Shown here: positions 1 through 14,351 of the stretch, piece after piece
How the letters are laid out: every line of letters begins with the position of its first letter
Position numbering within the stretch: position 1 is the first letter of the stretch
NCBI RefSeq assembly: GCF_009914755.1
Contig: NC_060925.1
Reading direction: 5' to 3' (one strand)
From: the human T2T-CHM13v2.0 reference genome, Homo sapiens
Length of the DNA: 64,000 nt
The notes under the pieces: generated by a model
What the model was told of the DNA's origin: nothing
Databases searched by the model: none
Seen by the model: the letters and a program-made list of their open reading frames with translations, nothing else
Position numbers and translations under genes: made by a program

Positions 1-399
<399 letters not shown>

Positions 400-759
400 T
401 AACATTTCTTGGTTAGGCAATTGGAAGTTGGGAAGAGTTTTACGCAAGGAAGAAAAGGAAGGCACTTGATAAGATTTGTTTTTTTACAGAAAGAGTAATC
501 AAGCCTTAGTAAGGAGGATGGATTAGAAGAGACAGGGAAATGAACTAGATGACTACTGCAGTGGTCCAGGCTAACAATGAGCTAAGGCATAAAAGTAAAA
601 ATAATTAGAAATTTAAAGGGTGATTCTGAGACATATACCGTATTTATTTGATTTCATGTGGAAAATAAGGACTCTTGAATGACTCCCATTTCTATTAATA
701 ATTTTATACCTATCTTTTTTTACATATCTTATAAACAGATGACATAAACTTACAGTATC

Positions 760-1000
760 CATAAATATAGTACAGTACTCAGTATATTTTCTCTCTCATT
801 AGTTTCTTAAAAACATTTTCTTTAGCTTGATTTGTTGAAAATATGGCATACAATGTATATACAATATATGTATTAATCAACTGTTTATGTTATCAGTAAG
901 GCTACTAGTAAAGTTTTGGGGGAGTTAAAAGTTATACATGGATTTTCTACTACAAAGGAGGTTGATGCCACTCACTCCCATGTTGCTCAAGGATCAACTG
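760..1000 (+). mobile_element. Tigger2-family (TcMar-Tigger) non-autonomous fragment, 3' end
   Basis: Ends CATGTTGCTCAAGGATCAACTG followed by TA. Internal sequence resembles the 3' end of the Tigger2 at 45250-45478. Confidence 0.75.
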
Positions 1001-1109
1001 TACTAAGTTTTTCCCCTTGTTGTACTTCTTTGTATTCTTCTGTGATTTCTTTTTTCTATTCAACATTATATTTGTGAATTTTACCCATGTTGAAATTAGC
1101 CATATGTGC

Positions 1110-3250
1110 TTTATCTTAATTTTTATTCTCCAGTCTTGACAGAGATGCATCTTCTTTATTGGTTTTCTCAAAGAAACATTTACCATTATTAATTAATATG
1201 TTTTCATTAATTAATATGTCTTCATACATCTCCATATGTCTTATTTATTTTTTCATCATTATTTACATTTTAATCTTTCTTTGTGTTTGCTCTGTTGTTC
1301 CTTGTCTAACTTATTTGTTTTCTCAATGTTTTGTTGTTGTAGCTCAGAGAGGCAGTAGATGTTTCTCCTTTTATTTATTTCTCTTACAGCTTGATCTATT
1401 TTTTGGTTATATTATTATATTTACTCAGTGATATAGTTTGGCTGTGTCCCCACCCAAATCTCATCCTGAATTTCCACATGTTGTGGGAGGAACCTGGTGG
1501 GAGGTAATTGAATCATGGGGGCAGGTCTTTCCTGTGCTATTCTCTTGATAGTGAATAAGTCTCATGAGACCTGATGGTTTTCAAAAGAGGAGTTCCCCTG
1601 CACAAGCTCTCTTTCAGCCTGCAGCCATCCATGTAAGACATGACTTGCTCCTCCTTGCCTTCCGCCATGATTGTGAGGCCTTCCCAGCCATGTGGAACTG
1701 TAAGTCCATTAAATCTTTTTTTTGTAAATTGCCCAGTCTTGGGTATGTATTTATCAGCAGCATGAAAATGGACTAAGACAGCCAATTTGAAATGTTTGTA
1801 TCTTCCATTAGTTTTTTTGAACGGACCTTTTTAACGTGAACCTTTTAGCATTTTGAAGGCACTCTCTTTATGTGTAATAATATTTTTGCCTTAAAATCTG
1901 TTTTGTTTGATATTATAATAATATAGCTATGCCAGACTATTGAAATTAGTATTTATCCTATAGTTTTTTAATCATAATTTTACTCTCAACATTTTTTTCT
2001 CTATATACTTTAGTGAGTCTGCTTTAAAAAAGCATATAGATGAATTTTGTTATTTTTGTTTTAACTAAAGATTTTAGCTATTACCATTTATTTTGACATA
2101 TGTAACTTTATTTTATCAAATCATTCTGTGCTCTTTATTTCTTTTTTAATGTTTTATGCTTTACTCCTGTGTTCATGGGGTTTTTTTTAGCTTAAACTTT
2201 GTTTTTTAATTCTAGTCTCCCTCTGTTTTTGTTTGGAAATTATTTACTTTTTCTATTATATTAGAGGTTATTCTTGAAATTTGAACATATGGACTAAACT
2301 TATCAAAGTAAAAAATTCATCAGTATACTTACCTCCTCCCCAAGCAACATAAATGCCATAGTACAATTTAATCACTGGAAAACAGTATTTTAGTCCTATC
2401 TTGTGTTTTAGCCTTCATATTATAATTTTCATTTTTTAGTTTTTTATGTGTTTGTTATTTACTTGTATTTATGCATGTTTAGCAATTTTTTCATCAGTTT
2501 CTTGTTATATCTCAGACATTAGACTTGTGATCATCTTTCTTCTTCATGAATAACAACCTTTAAAGGTTCCTTTACTGGTAAGTGCTCTCACTTATTTGTT
2601 ATTTGAAAAATGTCTTTATTGTTTGCTCTTCTTAAAAGATGGTTTCTGGGAATATTTTTCCAGGTTAGTAGTTATTTCACCTTTCTAGATATTGTCCCAT
2701 AGTCCCTTAAATTCCACTGTTCCTCTTAGGAAGTCATTCTTAGGCCTAGTTGTCATTTCCTTATAAGAAACCTGTTTTCCTATCTGGTACTTTAAGATCA
2801 TCTGTTTGTCTGTGCGCTGCTGCATCACTGTGATATATCTAGGAATTGATGTTCTGATAAATCCTTTTTGTAATATGTTGTGCTTTTTCCAACTAAAGAA
2901 CCATAACTGCCATTAATTCTGAAAAAATAAAGATTCCAATCCAAAAATAGAGTATATCCATCTGTTAAATTTCCTTTGATTCCTCTCAAAAATATTTTAT
3001 AGTTTTCAATATTCTTTCACATGTTTTATTAAATATAGTCCTTATTTAAATTTTTGATATTACCATCATTTTCCAACTGCTTTTTGCTAGTATTATACAT
3101 GGACATATAAATTGAGTTTTAAATATTGCCCTTGGATCCAGCAACCTTATCAAACTCATTTATTCTAATAATTTACATATAGATTCCTCTGGATTTTCTA
3201 AGTACAGAAGCATATCATCTACAAATAACAGTGTGATTTATTCTTTTAAA
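1110..3250 (-). mobile_element. Ancient L1M fragments, interrupted by a THE1 LTR
   Basis: T-rich degenerate antisense L1-like sequence, e.g. 3120-3230 (ggatccagcaaccttatcaaactc...catatcatctacaaata). Boundaries approximate. Confidence 0.55.
1429..1780 (+). mobile_element. THE1 (THE1C-like) solo LTR, ERVL-MaLR
   Basis: TGATATAGTTTGGCTGTGTCCCCACCCAAATCTCATC...GGACTAAGACA, with TG..CA termini, about 350 bp. Confidence 0.92.
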
Positions 3251-3345
3251 ATATAGGTGCATACAGAAGCCCATGTGCCATCAGCAAATTGCTAGAATCT
3301 CTTCTTCCTCTGCACAGTAGGGTGTGAATAATACTTTATCTATGC

Positions 3346-3563
3346 CACGGTATCCAATCTTTTGGCTTCCCTGAGTAATATTGGAAGAAGAAAAATTGTC
3401 TTGGGCCATGCATAAAATACACTAACGACAGCTGATGAGCTAAAAAAAGCACTGCAAAAAAAAATCTCATAATGTTTTAAGAAAGTTTATGAATTTGTGC
3501 TGGCCACATTCAAAGCCATCCTGGGCCACATGTGGTCCACAGGCCACAGGTTGGACAAGCTTG
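3346..3563 (+). mobile_element. MER30 (hAT-Charlie MITE)
   Basis: TCCAATCTTTTGGCTTCCCTG...GGTTGGACAAGCTTG. Both flanks contain TCTAT, a degenerate 8-bp TSD. Confidence 0.9.
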
Positions 3564-4259
3564 CTCTATAGGTTCAAATAGCCTGATCTCTTTCATGAAT
3601 CACAAGATTAGTAATAATGATCACTATTTATTTTTCAGATTGCTGATTTTTCTTCTCAAGTATTTAGTTCAATAGCTCATTGAATTTTGGTAAGAATTTC
3701 CAAAATCTCTTCTTAAAAGATAGTTTTCTGTTTTTAAGATAGACACATAGATAAGACAGGATTCATACCATGTACATTTCAACCTCAAATGGATTTGTCT
3801 AGAAATTCATTAGCAGAGATTTTTATATAAAATATTCCTCTCACATGTAACCACAAAGTTGCTATTGGCAATACTGATATGTGAATACACATTGGTCCCT
3901 GTAAACCACACAGCACATTGATCATTTCTTATACTCTACATGCTCATATACCAGGTTGATTACTGAGAAAGGTGATAAAGGAATGAGGTGAGGGACATTC
4001 TTTGAAAGTAAAAAATTATCTTGTTGAATTTAGGCCTATGTAAAACTTTATAAATTCAATTTCCCTAGTTTTGTTTGGGTAAGGCTTAAATTTGATAAAA
4101 TTTCCTAATTTGAGTCAGATTCTAGTAAAGAACTTTTTAAGCTAGGGAAAAGGCAGAGAACTGGGATTAAACCCAGATTAGAGGATACATGGTTTTAAAT
4201 GGTGATAGTTCCTTTAGGCAAGACACCACACATGTATATGTGTTGGGAAAACATCAACA

Positions 4260-4750
4260 TTCTTACCTCAGGACTTTTGCATGAAGTTTTCCCTCTGCTT
4301 GAAAAGTGTTTATTCTCCGCTCTCCATCTGAACAATATCACTTATTGCTCAAGTCTCAAATTTGCTTCCTTAAGACCTTTATAACCAATGTGTCCCAATT
4401 TAAATTTCACCTTCCCCATGTCATCCTATTATATTCGAGGATTTTTATTAGAAATTTTCATTCCATATGTGTGTGTGTTTACAAGTGGTTTTCAAACTTC
4501 ACTATGTTTAAAAACCACTTGGGAAGCTCATTAAAAAGTAGATTTTTGCACCTAACTTCAGATATTTCTCCTGAGTAAATCTAATTGGGAATCAAGAAAT
4601 ATGCAATTTTAGCTAGACTCCCCAAGTAATCCTAATATAGATGACCATAGGAACACACTTTGAGATGTCCTCCATGAGGACAGCAACTATGTTTGTTTAT
4701 TTCTGCATCCCCAGCATCTAGCAGAGTGTTCAACGAACATTAGTTGCACT
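4260..4750 (+). mobile_element. L2 3' fragment with nested MER5-like hAT element (about 4483-4667)
   Basis: L2 tail CTCCATGAGGACAG...CATCCCCAGCATCTAGCAGAGTG. MER5-like termini AGTGGTTTTCAAACTT...CACACTTTGAGA. Confidence 0.65.
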
Positions 4751-7270
4751 GGAAACATTAGGACCAAAAACACTCAACAAACTCTGGCAAGTGAGCCAAT
4801 AGGCTAATGCTGCTTTAGGATTAGGGCTGCCTTCAGACCCAGGGAAACCATCAATTTTTAAACGGTGGATAGAAGAAGTTTTAAAAGGAGAGATGAAAGT
4901 GTTTAGGGGAAAGGGGGGAAAAGCTCACTTTTGCAGCCTTGGCCAGGAGTCAAAGTTGATGAGCTGTCAGCAGCCAGTCTCTATTGTGATGAGTCAAAGA
5001 CTGTATACATAACTCCCCCAGGGTATCCAGTTCAGAATTTCAGCTGGATAAGGGCATTATCTTCCTTTCATCGCAGGGCTGCTTTCAACACATCAGGAAA
5101 CACCATGTCACTCCTTGACAGAGGCTGGCAATTTAAACTAGAGAGATAATCTGAAGCCCTTAAAACTGGCTGATATTTTCATTTGCGATTCCTCATGGCA
5201 GCACTCCGCAGCCCCCACTTTTTCTGTTTTGTACCCTGCAGTGAGGCTTGGCAGCTAGATCTATATTTTAGGGCAGGGTTGATGGTGAAGTGCTACAAGG
5301 AAACTGTAATGCCAGCTTTTCTGGAATCTGATATCAGCACTTTGGGACAACGATACATAAGGAAATAGTATTATGGGGACTTAAAAAAAAAAAAACAGAA
5401 ATGGACCAGAAGGACGTGAGACCTAAGGCCTGAGATTAACCTCCAGAGCTATAGATAAGCAAGAGCGGACCTCGTTTGCTGTTTTAGAGTATAGAAAAAT
5501 TATTTATGGTCTGTCTATTTACCTATGTCTTTCAAGCATAAGTTTAAGTTTAGTATGGTGACTCTAAGGGAAGGTGAAAATCTCAACAAAATCAATAACT
5601 CAGGACATCAGTTACTGAGAGAAAATTATCTCAATACGAAATGGTAAGAATGGATCTGGAAAGAAAACCAATTATTGTATGGCAGTCAACTTAGCTGTTT
5701 GAGTTCTGTCTGTACCTTCAGGGAAACAAATTTTGCTGATGTCTGCTTACCTGTCATTCTGTCTTCTTATAAACTTGTCTTTAGATGTTCCTTTTTACAT
5801 ATTTGGCATATAGACAATCTCTGATGAGGCAAAATTATCTCTAATGGGTTCTTCTTGGGTAAGATCTCTGGCCTCTTTCAATCTTTCATCTTTTTTGAAC
5901 AGTAAATCCCTTCACTCTTCAGATAGCTCTCAAAATCAGATTGACATAAACAGTAATATTTGCCAAGAAGCATGGCAGCCCTGCTTAGAAAAACCCAGGG
6001 TGCCTGGAAAATACTTGGCTGCAAAATTTTGTGGTGAGAAATGTGGCACCAAAGATCAGAGGGAATACACCTCCCTCTGGCTGTTAGTTTGCACTCAAGT
6101 GCTATGCTGAGAGTGACCAGAGGCCAAAGCCAAAGCAAAGCCTCCTTAATCTGTGCATCTACTAATATATTTCCCATCTGGCAAGAAGATTGTCCTCTTC
6201 TGTTTTCAGTTACTCCTCGTTAAAATTTCAAACAGCATTTTTATTTCTGTGGTTCCAGATTCTAATCAGACTTCTGCCAATCTCTAAAAGGCTGTGCATC
6301 TCCTGTTGCTGGCATGTTTTCTTGACTTTATCTGAATTACATGAGTTATGGCCATGCTGACATTTCTCCTCTAATCTGACTCTAATCATAATAAATACAA
6401 TTTTCAGATGGTGTTGTTTCCCCTACCCTCTTTATTCCAATATGACACTCTTAACTATGAAAGAAGGGGAGCTACTGAAGACTCTTAGGTCCCTGCAGAA
6501 ACATATTTCATCAGAGTCTTTAAGACCTGGTAATTTTCATTTTGTGCAAACAGAATTTCACTTCCAGCTATGTCAGAATAATTATTAATAGTACCAGACT
6601 ATTTCTCCACTATAAATAGCTATAAAAAATGGGCAAAACACATGAAACAATGTTTAAGTATTGGAAAACATACAGTGCAGGATTGTGATTCCTGAAAGAA
6701 AGGACATAATTGTGGCAAGAGTACCAAATCACACCAGCTTTGTGCCCATAATCATTTGCCACATGATGTCCCTGGAAAAGAGCTCCCAAGTTGAGCAAAT
6801 AGATCTTTTTGAAGTTAGGAAACAGAGATAAGAATTCAGTGCTTCTGACACAGATGAAATGTGCAAAGCAGAATTTTTGAGAGGAGCATGCCTCTCCAGT
6901 TATTTAAATGGAAATTTTAAAACTGAAAAACATGATTTTTAAATTTTTAAAATTCAGCAGATGGGCTTAAAAGCAAAATGAAGCTAGGGAGCCAATGAAT
7001 TAAAGATAGACGAGAAGAATTATAAATTTTAAAGAGAGCAAAAAGAATTGAAAGAAGGTGAATAGTACTTCAACAACATATGGGGCAATATACATGTAAC
7101 TAGAGTCCAGGAATAAAAGGAAAAAGTGAATAGCATAGAAAAAAAATTAAAATAATGCTGAAAATGTTCTTAGTTTGATGGAAGATATAAATTTACAAAT
7201 TCAAGAATCTCAAAAACCGCAAGCAGGCTAAGTGCAAAGAAAATTAGGTCTAAGAATGTCAAGCTGATGA

Positions 7271-7596
7271 AATTAAAGATAAAGACAGATAGAGAAAAAT
7301 GACTCACTACATAAACAGGGAAATGACACAAATGATAGCTAATTCTTCATCAAAAACTATGCAAGATAACACAATAACATCTTTAAAATGCTGGGGGAAA
7401 ATCCTCAGCCAAAAATTCTATAACCACTAAAAATAAAATAAAGATAAAAACAGAGAAAAATGACTCACTACATAAAGAGGGAAATGACACAAATGACAGC
7501 TAATTCTTCATCAAAAACTATGCAAGATAATACAGTAATATCTTTAAAATGCTGGGGGACAATCCTCAGCCAAAAATTCTATAACCACTAAAAATA
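7271..7596 (+). repeat. About 163-bp tandem duplication (2 copies) within L1M
   Basis: AGAGAAAAATGACTCACTACATAAA...CTATAACCACTAAAAATA occurs at about 7291-7435 and 7452-7596 with few substitutions. Confidence 0.95.
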
Positions 7597-7800
7597 CTGA
7601 ATAAAGGTAAAATAAAGACACTTAAAAGACAATTGAGATTATTCATTGCCAGTAGAACGGCAATATGAGAAATGCTAGGGAAGTTTTTCAGGCTGAAAGA
7701 AAACAACATAGATAAAAATTTGTATCTTCAGAAGAGAAATAAAAGATCAGATATGGGAAATACCTAGATAAATGTAAACTTTTTTGGTTTAATTATCTTT

Positions 7801-7851
7801 TTTTAATTTTTTTATTATACTTTAAGTTTTAGGGTGGCACATGTATACATA
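7801..7851 (-). mobile_element. 51-nt L1PA 3'-end insertion with a 5' inversion and a perfect 16-bp TSD
   Basis: TSD TGGTTTAATTATCTTT at 7785-7800 and 7852-7867. Inside: polyT, antisense L1 tip TTATTATACTTTAAGTTTTAGGGT, then sense GGCACATGTATACATA. Confidence 0.92.
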
Positions 7852-8380
7852 TGGTTTAATTATCTTTAAAATAGGTAGTTTAAAACAAAAATTACACCAT
7901 TTCCTGTGGAATTTATAACCTATTTAGATGTAAAACATAACTCTGGCATAAGGGATGTAGGGAGGAGTAAATGGAGTCATAGTGTCGCAAGGTTTTCACA
8001 TTTAATGTAAGCAGTCTAACATTAATGCAAATAAATAATTAAAAGTTAAGAATGTATACTGAAATTCTTAGCATGAGCAATAAAAAATTAGTATAAACAG
8101 TATAGCTAAAAAGGCAATAGACAAAGTAAAATGAAATTCTGAAAACTGTCCAAATAAGTCAAAAATAAGTGGAAAAAATATTTTAAAAGAACCAAAAAAG
8201 GAGAAGCTAAAGAATAATCAAATAATAAAATAGTAGAGCTAAATAGAACCGTAACAACAATTAAAAGGCAGAGATTGCCAGAATAGATAAAGAATCAAGA
8301 CCCAATTACATGCTATCTACAAAAGATGCACTATAAATATAAAAAATTTATACTGATAAGATGAAAATAAACAGATGAAT

Positions 8381-9760
8381 CTAGGACTTCCATTTTAGCT
8401 CTGGCATGTAAAGAACTTGGAAGTCATCAATCCCATCCTTAGAACAAGACAGCTTGAAAAATTAAGAATCAACAGCTCCTCTTGGGCCCATCAAGGAAAT
8501 AAGCTTGCAAGGCAAACTATCACCTCAATATCTGGAGAGACAGGCAAATCCATCGGGACACAGCCAAGATCTAGTTACCTAGAGCAGAAGCTACTGAAGG
8601 CAAAACTGGTAAAAACAAATAATAATTATGACAATTTGATGGAGGCCAAAAGTGGGTTAGCCTGAGAGTGCCGATCCCGTGGGAACTACACATTTGGCAA
8701 GCTTTATCTTGAGGAACCCCATGCCATTCTCACAATGAAGATGCAAGAAAGCTTAGCTCCTGGTTCTAGCAGGTGAAGGGGAAAAGTAATCATTGTGAAA
8801 TATATCCAGTGCATACTTCATAACAAAGTTCTACTCTCCTTTCCTGGGGAAAGATTTTGCCAGAGTCATATTCCAGCTAGGAGAAGGACATCCTTCCCAC
8901 TGCAACCACTTCTAGACTTCTTGTCTGACCTAACAAAAACAACATAGTCAACAGAGGTCAGGGCTTCAAGGAAATGACTTAGAACACTTTAGACAGGGAA
9001 CGGAATATAAGGTGAGCGAAGGGGTGGGCAAAAAAAGATGTACCATTAGATAAACACATGTGAAGGTTACAGCTCTGAGAGAGGCCCATTAAAACAGATT
9101 TAGCCAGACACAGTTGTGCATGCCTGTGGTCCCCCAGCTACTCGGCATGCTTAGGTGGAAGGATGGCTTGAGCCTAGGAGTTCAAGGTGAGCCTAGGCAA
9201 CATAGCAAGATGCTGTCTCAAAAAAAGAAAAGGAAAGAAAAGAAAAAACCCTGAGATTTAATGAGAAGATTATAAAACAGTCCTCCTCCACATCTTACTA
9301 CCACACCAACAGTATTTAACAGTGAATTACAGGTGAAAGAGCTACAAGACAGACTCTAAGGAGAAATACTTAGGGAAGCTCAAAGTCAAGAGGGGAAACA
9401 AATATAATATAAGGACACTAGAGGAATTAGAAGCTTCTGGCACCTATAGCTATAGCAAATGTTAACTACAGCCCAACTGGAGTCAGATTACCATAAATCC
9501 TCACACTGAAGGCCTAGTTAATTTAGTTCTTATTAGCCAATACATGTCCAACTTTCAACTAAAAATTTACAAGACATGCCAGAATGCAAGAACAAACACA
9601 GTGTGAAGAGAAAAAGCATCGGAACCAGACACAGCTATGACATCAATGTTGGAATTATCAGGGAGTTAATGTAATTGAAATAATAAGGGCTTTGCTGGAA
9701 AAAGTAGGCAATATGCAATAACAGATAGGTAATGTTAGCAGAGAGATGAAAACTCCAAGC
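8381..9760 (+). mobile_element. Second old L1M 5'-end fragment inserted into the host L1M
   Basis: Starts GACTTCC...GCTCTGGCATGTAAAGAACTTGGAAGTC. The host ORF2-EN sequence resumes at about 9761 (AAGTAAATGGATGGGAAGAG). Confidence 0.55.
9102..9248 (+). mobile_element. FLAM_A-like free Alu monomer
   Basis: Single Alu arm with A-rich tail. AGATTTA occurs at both flanks. Confidence 0.85.
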
Positions 9761-10342
9761 AAGTAAATGGATGGGAAGAGATAGACCATGCAAATGCACA
9801 TAGTAAGCATAAGAAGGCTGAGACAGTATATTAATATCAGATAAAAATAGCCATCAAGACAAACAGTAGTACCAGAGATAAAAATAAATATTTCATAATG
9901 ATCAAAGGGTGAATTCAAGAACATAGTAATCATAAATGTGTACACAGCTAATAACAGGGTTTCAGAATACATGAAAAATTTGACAGAATAGAAAGGAGCA
10001 ATAGTCAATTTCATATGCATAGTTAATAATATTAACACTTCTCTCCCAACAATGTATAGATTAAGAGATAAATAATTAATAAACATATTGATGATCCCAG
10101 TGACACTACTAATTATCTTAATCTAACTGATATTTATAAAAGACTGCTCTCAACTATGGAATATAAATGTTGAATTGCATGTAGCATATATATCAAGATA
10201 GATTATATATTGTGACCTAAAATAAGTCTCAATAAGTTTAAAAGGATTGAAATAATACAGAATATGTTCTCTGACCACAATGGAATTGAATTAGAAAGCA
10301 ATTAACAATAAGATCTCTAGTAAAATACAAAATATTTGAGAA

Positions 10343-12900
10343 CTGGTATCAATTCTATTGAAACTATTCAAAGAATTCAAAATGGGACTCCTCCCTAACT
10401 TATTTTATGAAGCCAGCATCACCCTGATACCAAAACGTGGCAAAGACACAATGGAAAAAGAAAACTACAGGCCAATATCCCTGATGAACATAGACACAAA
10501 AATCCTCAACAAAATACTAGCAAACCATTTCCAGCAGGACATCAAAAAGTTAATTCACAATGATCAAGTAGGCTTCATTCTTGGGATGCAAGGTTGGTTC
10601 AGCATACACAAATCAATAAATGTGATTTACCACATAAACAGAATTAAAAACAAAAATGATATGATCATGTCAATAGACATGAAAAAAGTCTTCGATAAAA
10701 TCCAAAATCCCTTCTTGATAAAAACCATTAACAAACTAGGCATCTAAGAAAAATATGTCAAAATAATAAGAACCATCTATGACAAACCCACAGCCTAAAT
10801 CATACTGAATAGGCAAAAGCTGGAAGCATTCCCCTTGAGAACTAGAATAAAACAAGGATGCCCGCTCTCGCCTCCTTTTCAAGTTAGTACTGGAAGTCCT
10901 AGCCACAGCAATCAGGCAAGAGAAAGAAATGAAAGGCATCCAAATTGAGAGTGAAGTCAAACATCTCTCTTCAATGAAGATATGATGCTATACCTAGAAA
11001 GCCCTAAAGACTCCTCCAGAAGGCTCCTGGAACTAATAAACAACTTCAGCAAAGTTTCAAATCAGTGTACAAAAATTAGTAGCATTTCTACACAGGGATA
11101 GTGTTCAAACTGAGAGCCAAATCAAGAATGTAATCCTATTTACAATAGCCACAAAAAAATTAAATACCTAGGAATACATCTAACCAAGGAAGCAAAAGAT
11201 CTCTACAAGGAAAACTATAAAACACTGCTGAAAGAAATCATAGTTGACACAAACAAATTGAAAAACATTTCATGCTCATGGATTGGAAGAATCAATATTA
11301 TTAAAATGGCTGTAATTTCCAAAGCAATCTGTAGCTTCAACACTATTCCTATCAAACTACCAAGATTATGTTTCACAGAATTAGGAAAATACTATTCTAA
11401 AAATTCATATAGAACCAAAAGAGAGCCCAAATAGCCAAAGCAATACTAACTAAGCAAAAAGAACAAAGCCAGATGTATCACATTACCCAACTTCAAACTA
11501 TACCAAAAAACTACAGTAACCAAACCGGCATGTTACGGGTACAAAACCAGACACATAGACCCATGGAACGGAATAGAGAACCCAGAAATAAAGCTACACA
11601 CCTGCAGCCATCTGATATTCGACAAAGTTGACAAAAATAAGCAATAGGGAAAGGAACCCCTATTCAATAAACGGTGCTGGGACGACTGGTTAGCCATATG
11701 CAGAAAATTGAAACTGGACTTCTCTCTTTTACCATATACAAAAATTAACTTGAGCTAGATTAAAAACTTTAGTAAGACCTCTAACTGTAAGAATACTAGA
11801 AGAAAACGTGGGAAATACCATTCTAGACATCAGCCTTTGGAAGGGATTTGTGAGTCCTCAGAAGCACCTGCAACAAAAGCAAAAATTGACAAGTGGGACC
11901 TAATTAAACTAAAGAGCTTCTGTACAGCAATAGAAACTATCCACAGAGTAAACAGGCAGACTACAGAATGGGAGAAAATGTTTGCAAACTATGCATCCAG
12001 CAAAGGCCTAACGTCCAGAAACTGTAAGAACTTAAAGAACTCAACTAGCAAAAATAAGTCACACTACTGAAAAATGGGCAAAATATGTAAAGATACTGGT
12101 CAAAAGAAGACATACAAGTGGCCAATGAACATATGAAAAAATGCTCAACATTACTAATCATCAGAGAAATGCAAATTAAAACCATAATGAGATACTGTCT
12201 CACACCAGTCAGAATGGCTATTATTAAAAAGTGAAAAAACTGATGCTAGTGAGGCTGCAGAGAAAAGGGAACACTTATATTCTGTGGGTGGGAATATAAA
12301 TTAGTTCAGCTACTGTAGAAAGCAGTTTGGAGCTTTTTCAAAGAACTTAAAGCAGAACTACCATTTGACTCAGCAATCCCATTACTGAGTATATATACAA
12401 AAGAAAATAAACCATTTTACCAAAAAGACACGTGTGTTTGTATGTTAATTGTAGCACTATTCACCATATCAAAGACATGGAATCAACCTAGGTGCCCATC
12501 AACAGTGGGTTGAATGAAGAAAATGTGGTACATATACACCATGGAATATTATGCAGCCATAAAAAAGAATAAAATCCCGTGCTTTGCAGCAACATGGATA
12601 GAGCTGGAAGCCATAATCCTAAGCAAATTAATACAGAAACAGAAAACCAAATACCACATGTTCTCACTTATAAGTGGGAGCTAAACATTGAGTACCCCTG
12701 GATGTAAACATGGGAACAACAGACACTGGGGACTATAAGAGGATGAGGAGGGGGTGGGTTTTAAAAAGTACCCATTGGGTACTATGCCCACTATCTGGGT
12801 GACAGGATACATACCCCAAACTTCAGCATCATGCAGTATTCCTATGTGACACATCTGCACATGTACCCTGTGAATCTAATATAAAAGTTGAAATTATCTT
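10343..12900 (+). mobile_element. 5'-truncated L1PA15/16-like element (ORF2 RT region + 3' UTR)
   Basis: ORFs 10358..10747 ([21 protein letters not shown]) and 11837..12070. 3' UTR ends GAATCTAATATAAAAGTTGAAAT. Confidence 0.88.
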
Positions 12901-13400
12901 TTAAAAATTGGAAATAACACACTTCTGAATGACTTAGGGGTCATAAAAGAAATCATAAAAAAGTAGAAAATAATTGAAACTAAATAATGGAAAATACAAC
13001 ATACTAAAATTTGTAGGGTGTAGCTAAAACAGTTCCTAATGGGAAATGTATGTCTTTAAATATTATATTTAAAAGGAAAAGCATAAAATAAATGGTCCTA
13101 GCTTCCACTCAATCATCCATAAAAAAGTGCAAAAGTAACCAAAATGAAAAATGAAATACAATAATGATTTGATAATGAATAAAATAAAATTTTGATTCTA
13201 TTTTCAACCAAATGGAAAACAAATACATGAAAATTGACAGTCAGAAGTTGGCTCTTTAAAGTGATCAACAAGAGTGAAAATCCCTAGGTAGACTAGGGGA
13301 AAAAATGGGAAGAAAGAAAAAAGAATGGGAGAAAGCACAAATTACCACTATTAGGAATAAAAGACAGATTATCACTACAAATTCTACACACAAAGAGTAT

Positions 13401-13458
13401 AATAGAGAACATTATGAAAAACTTATGTCAATAGAGAACATTATGAAAAACGTCAATA
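13401..13458 (+). repeat. 29-bp tandem duplication
   Basis: AATAGAGAACATTATGAAAAAC at 13401 and 13430. Confidence 0.9.
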
Positions 13459-13734
13459 AATATATTTAAAATAAAAAGGAAAAATTTCTTGAAAAGAATT
13501 TAACTTACCAAAACAGACACAAGACTTAGTCAGAATAGCTCTATATCTATTAAAGAACAATTTATTACCAAAAAACCTTCCCACAGAGAAAACTCTAGGT
13601 CCAATTATTTTATTAATAAATTCTATATTTAAGGAGCAGATGGAACCAATCTTACAAAAACCCTTTCAGAATTAAGAATAAACATTCCGACTTGTTTTAT
13701 AAAGCCAGCATAACCCTAATATTAAAAGTTGACA

Positions 13735-14351
<617 letters not shown>

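Noticed and set aside
4990-4996. TGAGTCA AP-1 site as an enhancer
   Set aside because: A single 7-mer is expected by chance several times in 64 kb.
5745-5900. Minus-strand exon with CAG|GTAAGC donor at 5751
   Set aside because: No clear acceptor, stops in frame, and it overlaps a better-supported + strand candidate.
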